DNA from: Lytechinus pictus
Taxonomy: Eukaryota
Assembly: GCF_037042905.1 (NCBI RefSeq)
Contig: NC_087249.1
Coordinates: 8,868,001-8,932,000, forward strand
DNA: 64,000 nt
Direction of reading: 5' to 3'
The notes under the pieces are model-generated. The model was not told the origin of the DNA. It saw only the letters and a list, made by a program, of their open reading frames with translations, and did no database searches. The number at the start of each line of letters is the position of its first letter. Position 1 is the first letter of the stretch. The position numbers were made by a program, and so were the translations under genes. Below, piece by piece: positions 1-11,400 of the stretch.

Positions 1-965
1 ATCACCACTACCACCACCAATAGCATCATTACTACCACCACCACCATCATCACCATCACCACTACCACCACCAATAGCATCATTACTACCACCACCATCA
101 CCATCACCACTACCACCACCAATAGCATCATTACTACCATCATCATCACCATCACCACTACCACCACCAATAGCATCATTACTACCACCACCATCATCAC
201 CATCACCACTACCACCACCAATAGCATCATTACTACCACCACCATCATCACCACTACCACCACCAATAGCATCATTACTACCACCACCATCATCACCATC
301 ACCACTACCACAACCAATAGCATCATTACTACCACCACCACCATCATCACCATCACCACTACCACCACCAATAGCATCATTACTACCACCACCATCATCA
401 CCATCACCACTACCACCACCAATAGCATCATTACTACCACCATCATCATCACCATCACCACTACCACCACCAATAGCATCATCACTACCACCATCATCAC
501 CATCACCACTACCACCACCAATAGCATCATTACTACCACCACCACCATCATCACCATCACCACTACCACCACCAATAGCATCATTACTACCACCATCATC
601 ATCACCATCACCACTACCACCACCAATAGCATCATTACTACCATCACCATCATCACCATCACCACTACCACCACCAATAGCATCATTACTACCATCACCA
701 TCATCACCATCACCACTACCACCACCAATAGCATCATTACTACCATCATCATCACCATCACCACTACCACCACCAATAGCATCATTACTACCACCACCAT
801 CATCACCATCACCACTACCACCACCAATAGCATCATTACTACCATCATCATCACCATTATCAATACCACCACCAATAGCACCATTACCATCATCACCACC
901 ATTACAATCATCATCACCATCACCATCAATACTACCATTACCACCATCATCATCACCACCACCAG
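1..965. repeat. Minisatellite of ~54-63 bp units built from ACC/ATC trinucleotides
   Basis: Core ACCACCACCAATAGCATCATTACTACC recurs about every 57-60 bp and degenerates after ~880; the array runs off the window start. Confidence 0.95.
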
Positions 966-2704
966 CCTCATCAGCTTCCTCACTCCAGGAGTCATCCTTC
1001 GAACATTTACACTCTATAGACTTTCTGCTCAAACAGGCATCAGATCAACGCATCCGTCACCATGGCATTTGAAAATTACAGAAACCCACATCGGCCTCAT
1101 TGGTAACGCTCAGCAGATGTCCTAATACGATTGCTACATGACTGCGCCACTTTGTGCTTTTAAGCTAATCCTCTACTCCCCGGCAATGTCCCGCTACACT
1201 TGATTTGATTGGACGGAATGATTAAAAGTTCTCCTAATTCGGTTTGGTAATTGCTAAAATGTCAACTGCCAGTAAACGTCCCCAACACCCGCAGCTTGAC
1301 ATTTTGCAGGCGATAGATGTGATGCCTAACGACTAGGGCTAACGAACCTGTTTCAATGAACTATTGAACATGGGTATTAGAAATAGGAAGGATCATGTCA
1401 CATACATATCACCTATATTCTGAAGTGGATGATACAGTATGGTGAGTATTCATGGAAAAATCTATCCTACATATCTAAATTCCTTTTATTGATACAGGTA
1501 AAATTCAACTACATGTAATTGATCTGAACATTTAATCTCTAAAATTAATAGTGGAAACAAAAATATACCACTGCTAATTTGTTGCATGAACTGTGCAGTA
1601 GGACAACTAGAAAAAAATCATACTAGCCCATATCTATACTGGAAAAATAATTAGCCCATATCTATACTGGAAAAATAATATTTCATGTAGGGGCTGTTTT
1701 CCTCCTTTTTGTCAAATTACATGTTGCGGTTGCATATTTTCAGAGTCTCTTATGCAACTTGAGTTGAGGGCTATGAAAGGAAAATACAATGAATCGCCCT
1801 TTGCCCTTGTATATAACACTAAACTATTAATGTATTAATTGCTCGTACTTGCCACATTAATGACATGTTGAACTGTGGGAGAAATACATTTTTTTCCTTA
1901 AAGAACGTGTTCACTGTACGTAAACTTTAGCATCATGTATAACATGCACAATGACACATCTATTTGGTCTTTGTATCAAGGTTTTAAAAAAGAACACTTA
2001 ACTAATTGCACACGTAGACACTATAGACCCCATATTGTTTACAAGAAATGTCATCCAAATGCTGTTCCACTATCTTTCCCCCCTCCGGATTATCATCCAA
2101 ACCGTGTTTGATTTGTGTGAGCAGTACCTGATCACGGATCAGACATTGTTTACTATTGTTATGGAGATGTAAGAATGTGATGTCTTGTCTTTATCATCCC
2201 TGTCCAACAAACCAAACACCAGTCATCGGGATAAGCACTGAATCGAGTAGAATCAACTGGTGAGAATTAAGGCTTCCTTCAGGCGAATGAACTTCGGTAA
2301 TTTTGGGCCCCCATTTAATCTTGGAAACTACCGAGGAGTGCGAGGACACCTTGATTTTGATTTGCTACGGAACTCTGTTAATTGATACATGTACATGTAG
2401 GCCTACATAGTTACATGTAGCATCTCAATAACAAAGTTAGAAAACCAATATACAATGTATGCCGAACATTTTACCTATATAACCTGATATATAGGCCTAC
2501 ATGTACGTTACAAACTTTTTACAGATTAAAATTCTTCTTGTTTCTTCTACATTATAAGATGGATTTTGAGCATAAACTAAATTTACTCTTTTTTTGCTCT
2601 TTACTAATTCAGATTATTCAGGTTATTTCATGCTCTCTTTGAACAGGCCAAAATTAATATTAATTACAAGAACACAAGTTTTTCCATTGTACTGGACAGG
2701 CCTA

Positions 2705-3956
2705 TCAATAGTCATGTATCACACGGCGTTCCGCAAGGGTCCGTCCTCGGCCCCTTACTTTTCCTTTTGTATATCAACGACCTCGTAAATTGTTCCTCAA
2801 TTCTTAATTTCATACTCTTTGCTGATGATACCAGTATTACTTTTTCTCAAAAAAATATTATTCCTCTCATTAACACCATAAATATTGAACTTCGTAAAGT
2901 CGTTGTCTGGCTTCAATGCAATAAACTGTCACTGAACCTTGAAAAAACTAAATTTGTACTATTTAAAACACAAACTAAAAAAATTGGTAATGACATTCCT
3001 CCAGTTATTATGGATGGCAAGATTATTTCCCAGGTATCAAATATAAATTTTTTAGGTATCAAGATCAATGAATTTCTATCCTGGAAACCTCATATTGATG
3101 AATTATGCACTCGTTTATCAAAAAGTACTGGTGTCCTCCGCAAACTGAAGTTTATTTTACCCAGACATGTATTAATTTCACTTTATAATACTTTGGTTTT
3201 ACCCCATCTCACTTATTGCTGTATGCTATGGGGGAATGGATTCAAAACACATTTACATAGATTATTTCTTATTCAAAAAAGGTTAATCAGAACAGTTTGT
3301 AATGCACATTTCAATAGTCACACAAACAAGTTATTTCTTGATTGTAAAATATTGAAAATTTGTGACTTGGCTCTTATGTATACTTATATATTTATGTACA
3401 ATTACCATTCAAATCTCTTGCCAAATATTTTTAATAATCTCTTCAACACAAATGCCTCTTTCCATTCATACTTTACGCGTCATTCAGCAGATCTTCACCA
3501 ATATCTTCCAAAAACAAAAATTACCCAAAATTCTCTACGTTGTAGAGGAATTAAGCTGTGGAATGATTTAAATAATGATATTAAACAAAGCAAAACCCTA
3601 AATAAGTTTAAAAAACTCTTGAAAGTTGAATTTTTTGCTCAGTATAAAAACTCCTGCCAATAGCACACTGTAGGTCACTATGATTTATAATTATTACTTC
3701 TAGTTTGCTTATTTGTTTGTTTATTTCCCCTATGTTAGCCCATTGTTTCTTGTTATTTGTTGTTCACTCTTTATGTATGTACTGTATTAATTTGTACTTG
3801 ATTGTACCATGGTGGTGCCCCACTCACAAGTTTTTTTTAATGAAAACTTCTAGGGGCTCCCAATCCCATGTTTTTTACCTAACTTGTATATACCTGTATT
3901 TTTATGATTGATTGATTGAAATAAATTTTGAATTGAATTGAATTGAAATTGAATTA
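2705..3956 (+). mobile_element. 5'-truncated non-LTR retrotransposon (CR1/L2-group LINE) with 3' UTR and (GAATT)n tail
   Basis: RT motifs HGVPQGSVLGPLLFLLYIND and LFADDT; stop at 3663; AATAAA near 3920 followed by a TTGAATTGAATTGAATTG tail; 5' boundary approximate. Confidence 0.9.
2722..3663 (+). pseudogene. C-terminal half of LINE ORF2 (reverse transcriptase, truncated)
   Basis: Uninterrupted frame with PQGSVLGP, FADD, NKLSLNLEKT and FLGIKI, but no endonuclease or N-terminal RT; the ORF-track start at 2767 is an internal TTG. Confidence 0.88.
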
Positions 3957-4327
3957 ATCAAATGGAACTCCAAATGTCACACTAATTAGGATTTGTGTAT
4001 TTTTAGTTTTGTACATAATAGAACAAGTATCCAGGCCTAGTGTGCCTCATTTATAATATAAAAATACTATATCCATTCCAATAATTAGGCTATAGGTCAA
4101 AGACCTACATCTACATGTATCATAACCCCAAAGTACATATAAACTGGATTCTTGTCCTAAATATAGTAGTCTTAAATAAATAAATGGAACTTGATACCGA
4201 GCTTCGAGAACTGGAAGAGTTTTCACTAAGAGTGTCGATTGCCTCTCAATGTGAAACCAAACACTAAACTAACAATTGCTTTAATCAAAGGATAATCATA
4301 AATCTAATGCATCAAGAACGTACATGT

Positions 4328-4408
4328 ACTTTTCATTCTTTCATACAGAAAGCACTTCTTTGAAGTTTGAATATGAACACTATGGAAAAGATGCTTCTCT
4401 CTTGACTT
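4328..4408 (+). repeat. ~81-bp direct repeat, copy 1 (copy 2 at 61271-61351)
   Basis: ACTTTTCATTCTTTCATACAGAAAGC...GCTTCTCTCTTGACTT with about 3 mismatches between copies. Confidence 0.85.
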
Positions 4409-4509
4409 CCTCTTTCTTATGTACCTTCATTATTTCATGAATGATTGAAAAAAAATCATTCAATATATTTCTATTGAAATAATAACATATCAATTTCATC
4501 CGCTATTAA

Positions 4510-5079
4510 AGGAAAATGAAACCTTTGAAACAAGATAGCTTGTGTGAAAACAGAAAAATAAAACAAACAGATCAATGAAAGTTTGAGAAAAGTTGAATAA
4601 ATAATAAGAAAGTTATGAACATTTGAAGTTTAGATCATTATTATGATGTAGATACTCCAGTTGGCAATGTGACAAAGATGTGTGATGTCACATGTGAACA
4701 ACTTTCCCATTACTTTTCTATATATTTCACTTAAACTGCCTCTTTCATCACACAGTAGATCATGTATTCTTTCTATAGGAAGGCATGTAATGTAGATTTT
4801 TTTTTAAATACATTATGGATAAAGAGTTTGTATCACCACAATAAGAAAGAGCAAAAATACAGTTTGGGGCTATTTTACAGTCCATCACAGTGAAAGTTGT
4901 TCACATGTGACATCACATATCTTTGTTGCATTGCCAATGGGAGGATCTCCATACAAGTGATAGCAATACTCGAATGCTCATAACTTTTTCATAATTTGTC
5001 CCATTTTTCTCAAACTTCCTTTGATCTTATTCTTTGATTTTTCTCTTTCCACACAAGCCAACTTGTTCCAAAGGTTTAA
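4510..5079. mobile_element. TTAA-flanked non-autonomous TIR element (Kolobok-like MITE), main part; right TIR interrupted by the array
   Basis: TTAA|AGGAAAATGAAACCTTTGAAACAAG at 4506-4534 mirrors CTTGTTCCAAAGGTTTAA at 5062-5079; long internal inverted symmetry (GATGTCACATGTGAACAACTTTC ~4684 vs GAAAGTTGTTCACATGTGACATC ~4892). Confidence 0.8.
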
Positions 5080-5482
5080 TTGCATTGACGCCCACTGGCG
5101 ACAATGCATTGTTCTTGTTCCGTATTCCTATTCCGTCGTCTTCTTCTTCTTCTTTGCATTGACGCCCACTGGCGACAATGCATTGTTCTTGTTCCGTATT
5201 CCTATTCCGTCGTCTTTGCATTGACGCCCACTGGCGACAATGCATTGTTCTTGTTCCGTATTCCTATTCCGTCGTCTTCTTCTTTGCATTGACGCCCACT
5301 GGCGACAATGCATTGTTCTTGTTCCGTATTCCTATTCCGTCGTCTTCTTTGCATTGACGCCCACTGGCGACAATGCATTGTTCTTGTTCCGTATTCCTAT
5401 TCCGTCGTCTTTGCATTGACGCCCAATGGCGACAATGCATTGTTCTTGTTCCGTATTCCTATTCCGTCGTCTTCTTCTTCTT
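5080..5482 (+). repeat. Stack of six ~62-74-bp left-end modules separated by variable (TTC)n
   Basis: TTGCATTGACGCC starts at 5080, 5154, 5216, 5284, 5349 and 5411. Confidence 0.95.
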
Positions 5483-7772
5483 CCACAAAATCCCATTTGT
5501 TTAACACATGGTTTTTGTTAGCTCTGCCCTGGCTCCGTCCCTCATCCAAATTCATCCAAACTTGGTAGACATGTTGTCCAGCATCCCTAGTTGTGCACCT
5601 CGTCTTCCATTTTCCAAAATCGCTCATGCATGACCATCAAGGCGCCATTTTGTAAATTTCAAGTCCATTTGCATACCATTACTAATCTCGTCCTAACTCC
5701 CGCATCATGCATGCTACAGACTTCTAACAAATTGCTATAGATAGTCAAAGAGTTGCTTCATCATTTGCGACGTATAACTTGATCTTTAAAATGCCATCTT
5801 CATGCCCTAAATTCAAATCCGAAATAGCCTTCCTTCAGAAACGTCATATTTATTGAAATGTAAAGTCAAAAAATCCTAAAATGGCCATAACTTTCTGGTT
5901 TTTATTCAATTCAAGCTCATATTTTCAGGAATCGATACTGGCAACATATCATACATACGAGTCAGTTTTCACGCATCATTGACCTTCCGGTATTGAAATA
6001 GCGCCCTCTAAAGTCTCAAAAACGCTTACCTTTGAATGCTCCTCATTGCGTCATGCATGGCCAAACCCGTACCCTTTTTTAGATTTAGGGTGTTCAAGAT
6101 ATGCCCTTTCATGCCATTTAGAAAAATATATACCTTACCACTGACGAAATATCTGAAAAATGCTCCCGAAAATCAGCAAAATACGCAAAAATGCACTATA
6201 ATGCCAGCACAACTTCAACTTGCTCTTATTTCCTTATTATTGAAGCTTATCCTTTCTAACTTGGAAGATATGAGTATTGATATATATTTTAACCGTTCGT
6301 CAACCTTTTGTGACAGAAACTGACATAGAGCTCACGTCAGCTTAAAATTATTGTGAAAAACTCATGCATGACCATCAAGGCGCCATATTTGTAAATGTCA
6401 AGTCCATTTGCATACCATTACTAATCTCGTCCTAACTCCCGCATCCTGCATGCTACAGACTTTTAACAAATTGCTATAGATAGTCAAAGAGTTGCTTCAT
6501 CATTTGCGACGTATAACCTGACCTTCAAAATGCCATCTTCATGCCCTAAATTCAAATCCGAAATAGCCTTCCTTCAAAAACTTCATATTTATTGAAATGT
6601 AAAGTCAAAAAATCGTAAAATGGCCATAACTTTCTTGTTTTTATTCAATCCGAGCTCATATATTCAGGAATTGATACTGGCAACATATCATACTTACGAC
6701 ATAGTTTTCACGCATCATTGATCTTCCGGTATTGAAATAGCGCCCTCTAAAGTTTCAAAAACGCTTACCTTTGAATGCTCCTCATTGCGTCATGCATGGC
6801 CAAACCCGTACCCTTTTTTAGATTTAGGGTGTTCAAGATATGCCCTTTCATGCCATTTAGAAAAATATATACCTTACCACTGACGAAATATCTGAAAAAT
6901 GCTCCCGAAAATCAGCAAATTACGCAAAAATGCACTATACTGCCAGCACAACTTCAACTTGCTCTTATTTCCTTATTATGGAAGCTTATTCTTTCTAACT
7001 TGGCAGATATGAGTATTGATATATACTTCAACCGTTCGTCAACCTTTTGTGACAGAAACTGACATAGAGCTGACGTCAGCTTAAAATTATTGCGAAAAAC
7101 TGTCATTTTTAATGTCTTTCTTTATATGGCATTTACTTCCGGTCTATTGCTTGCGCACAAATAAAAGTGGTATCAATATCACCGCATTGAAATGCTCTTT
7201 CCAGTGATACCAAATACGACATAGGTTACAACAGAAAATTTCAAGATAAGTCAATCTGAACACATGGTATACTGCTCACAATGCACACATTACCAACAAC
7301 AGAATTGTACACAATGTCTATGGCATGGGTTTCATGGGTAAGAGCGGCCAAATGGTCTAAAATGGTATGGAGGGCAAAATGTACCAAAATGCAATTTGAT
7401 TAACATGTAATTTTTGTTAGTCCTCCCCTGCCTCCGCTCCTCATCCAAATTCATTCCGATTTGGTAGACATGTTGTCCATGATGCATTATTGTGTACCTC
7501 TTATTTCATTTTCTAAAATCATTCATGCATGACAGTGCAGGCGCCATTTTGTCCATTTCAAGTCCATTTGCATACCATTACTCTCATCCTAACTCCCGCA
7601 TCCTGCATGCTACCGACTTCTAACAAATTGCAGTAGATTGTTTAAGAGTTGCTCTCTCATATAAGAACACGACTTGGCCTTCAAAATTCCGTCTTCTTGC
7701 CCTAAATTCAAATCCAAAATAGTCTACGTTCAAAATGTTCATATTTATTGAAATGCAAATTAGGAAAATCGT

Positions 7773-8200
7773 AAAATGGCCATAACTTTCTTGTTTTTAT
7801 TCACTTCCGTCTTATATTTTTATGGTTTACTAATGGTATCACCCTTTACAATTCAACAATTTTTACGCATCAGTGACTGTTCAATTTACAAATAGCGCCC
7901 TCTATTGCAAAGTCAACAAATAATAAAATGACAATAACTTTGTTGTTATCATTCATTTTGGTCTTTTATTTTCAGGGCTGGCTTATGATATCATCCTTCA
8001 TAATCCATATTCTTTTTACGCATCTGTGACAATTACATTTAGAAATAGCGCCCTCTATTGCAAACTAAAGAAATGTTAAAATGGTCATAAGTTCCTTGTT
8101 CTCATTCATTTCGGTCTCATATTTTCAGGGTATGCTTATTGTATCATTCCACATAATCCACATGTGTTGTACGCATGAATGACCATTACCTTTACAAAAT
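7773..8200 (+). repeat. ~153-bp internal tandem subrepeats in the long first body
   Basis: AAAATGG/ACMATAA at 7773, 7925 and 8078; the first two units end in AAATAGCGCCCTCTA. Confidence 0.75.
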
Positions 8201-8405
8201 AGTGAGTGAGTGACATCATCAACTCTCTCATTTGGATGTAACTGGCTCGTTCATATAACTATTTTGATAAAAATAAGTGAAACTTTGAAATGTCATAACT
8301 TTCTTATTTTACATCCGATTTTGATGAAAATTTCAGCATTGTGCTTGTCTGATTTTTCCCTATTGATTCAAATCAACATTTTTCTGAGGTGGACTTGACC
8401 TTTAA
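8200..8405. mobile_element. Captured terminus of a second TTAA-type MITE, present near the 3' end of every complete body
   Basis: Ends GAGGTGGACTTGACCT|TTAA in this copy (TTCA or CTAA in others); shares CATAACTTT...TGATTTTT motifs with the host MITE right arm. Confidence 0.6.
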
Positions 8406-11400
8406 ATCAGACACGTCAATGCATGCACATCGTAATGAAACGATTGCAGTTCTAGTCTTCTTCTTCTTCTTCTTCTTCTTCTTCCACAAAATCCCATTTG
8501 TTTAACACATGGTTTTTGTTAGCTCTGCCCTGGCTCCGTCCCTCATCCAAATTTATCCAAACTTTGTAGACATGTTGTCCAGCATCCCTAGTTGTGCCCC
8601 TCGTCTTCATTTTTCCAAAATCACTCATGCATGACCATCTAGGCGCCATTTTGTAAATTTCAGTCCATTTGCATACCATTACTAATCTCGTCCTAACTCC
8701 CGCATCCTGCATGCTACAAACTTCTAACAAATTGCTATAGATAGTCAAAGAGTTGCTCCATCATCTGCGACGTATAACCTGACCTTCAAAATGCCATCTT
8801 CATGCCCTAAATTCAAATCCGAAATAGCCTTCCTTCAAAAACGTCACATTTATTGAAATGTAAAGTCAAAAAATCGTAAAATGGCCATAACTTTATTGTT
8901 TTTATTCATTTCGAGCTCATACTTTTAGGAATTGATACTGGTACCATATCATACTTACGAGTCAGTTTTCACGCATCACTGAATGTCCGTTACTGAAATA
9001 GCGCCCTCTAAAGTTTCAAAAACGCTTATCTTTGAATGCTCCTCATTTCGTCATGCATGGCCAAACCCGTACCTTTTTTTAGATTTAGGGTGTTCAAGAT
9101 ATGCCCTTTCATGCCATTTAGAAAAATATATACCTTACAGCTGACGAAATATCTGAAAAATGCTCCCGAAAATCAGCAAAATACACAAAAATGCACTATA
9201 ATGCCAGCATAACTTCAACTTGCTTTTATTTCCTTATTATTAAAGCTTATCCTTTCTAACTTGGCAGAAATGAGTATTGATATATACTTCAACCGTTCGT
9301 CAACCTTTTGTGACAGAAACTGACATAGAGCTGACGTCAGCTTAAAATTATTGTGCAAAACTGTCATTTTTAATGTCTTTCTTTATATGGCATTTACTTC
9401 CGGTCTATTGCTTGCGCACAAATAAAAGTGGTACCAATGTCACCGCATGGGAATGCTCTATCCAGTGATACCAAATACGACATAGGTTACAACAGAAAAT
9501 TTCAAGATAAGCCAATCTGAACACATGGTATACTACTCACGATGCATACATTATCAATAACAGAATTGTACACAATGTCTATGGCATAACGTATTATGCA
9601 TGCACATCGTTCTGAGTTACGTTAATGAACTGTCAGGGAAATTTATATGCTCATTCATATCACTCTCTCTGTGTCTTTCTCTCCCTTCTCTCTCTTCGTT
9701 GAGCGGCCATGTCGTCTAAAAATAGAACAAATCTGTTTGACTCGAGAATGTATTTTCCTATGGAGGGCACAATGTACCAAAATCCACTTTGATTAACATG
9801 TAATTTTTGTTAGTCCTCCCCTGCCTCCGCTCCTTATCTAAATTCATTCCGATTTGGTAGACATGTTGTCCATGATGCATTATTGTGTACCTCTTATTTC
9901 ATTTTGTAAAATCATTCATGCATGACAGCGCATGCGCCATTTTGAATGAGTGACATCATCATCTCTTTCATTTGGATGTAACTGGCTCGTTCATATAACT
10001 CTTTTGTTAAAAATAAGCGAAACTTTGAAATGTCATAACTTTCTTATTTTACATCCGATTTTGATGAAATTTTCAGCATTGTGCTTGTCTGATTTTTCCC
10101 TATTGATTCCAATCAACATTTTTCTGAGGTGGACTTGACCTTTCAATCAGACGCGTCAATGCATGCACATCGTTCGGAAACGATTGCAGTTCTAGTCTTC
10201 TTTGCATTGACGCCCACTGGCGACAATGCATTGTTCTTGTTCCGTATTCCTATTCCGTCGTCTTCTTCTTTGCATTGACGCCCAATGGCGACAATGCATT
10301 GTTCTTGTTCTGTATTCCTATTCCGTCGTCTTCTTCTTCTTCTGCTTCTTCCACAAAATCCCATTTGTTTAACACATGGTTTTTGTTAGCTCTACCCTGG
10401 CTCCGTCCCTCATCCAAATTCATCCAAACTTTGTAGACATGTTGTCCAGCATCCCTAGTTGTGCACCTCGTCTTCCATTTTCCAAAATCACTCATGCATG
10501 ACCATCAAGGCGCCATTTTGTAAATTTCAAGTCCATTTGCATACCATTACTAATCTCGTCCTAACTCCCGCATAATGCATGCTACAAACTTCTAACAAAT
10601 TGCTATAGATAGTCAAAGAGTTGCTCCATCATTTGCGACGTATAACCTGACCTTCAAAATGCCATCTTCATACCCTAAATTCAAATCCGAAATAGCCTTC
10701 CTTCAAAAACTTCATATTTATTGAAATGTAAAGTCAAAAAATCGTAAAATGGCCATAACTTTCATCTTTTTATTCAATTCGAGCTGATATTTTCAGGAAA
10801 TGACACTAGCAACATATCAGACATACGAGTGAGTTTTCACGCATCATTGACCTTCCGGTATTGAAATAGCGCCCTCTAAAGTTTCAAAAACGCTTACCTT
10901 TGAATGCTCCTCATTGCGTCATGCATGGCCAAACCCGTACCCTTTTTTAGATTTAGGGTGTTCAAGATATGCCCTTTCATGCCATTTAGAAAAATATATA
11001 CCTTACAGCTGACGAAATATCTGAAAAATGCTCCCGAAAATCAGCAAAATACCCAAAAATGCACTATAATGCCAGCACAACTTCAACTTGCTCTTATTTC
11101 CTTATTATTGAAGCTTATCCTTTCTAACTTGGCAGATATGAGTATTGATATATACTTTAACTGTTCGTCAACCTTTTGTGACAGAAACTGACATAGAGCT
11201 GACGTCAGCTTAAAATTATTGTGAAAAACTGTCATTTTTAATGTCTTTCTTTATATGGCATTTACTTCCGGTCTATTGCCTGCGCACAAATAAAAGTGGT
11301 ATCAATGTCACCGCATTTGAATGCTCTTTCCAGTGATACCAAATATGACATAGGTTACAACAGAAAATTTCAAGATAAGCGAATCTGAACACATGGTATA

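Noticed and set aside
1..1125. Stop-free Thr/Ile-rich frame resembling a mucin exon
   Set aside because: Expected from ACC/ATC-based repeats; no start or splice support within the window, though it cannot be fully excluded
1095..1215. ATTGG (CCAAT-box) motifs suggesting a promoter
   Set aside because: Short motifs with no linked gene
5080..5482. CRISPR-like array of palindromic repeats
   Set aside because: The 'spacers' are only (TTC)n, there are no cas genes and the context is eukaryotic; these are stacked transposon ends
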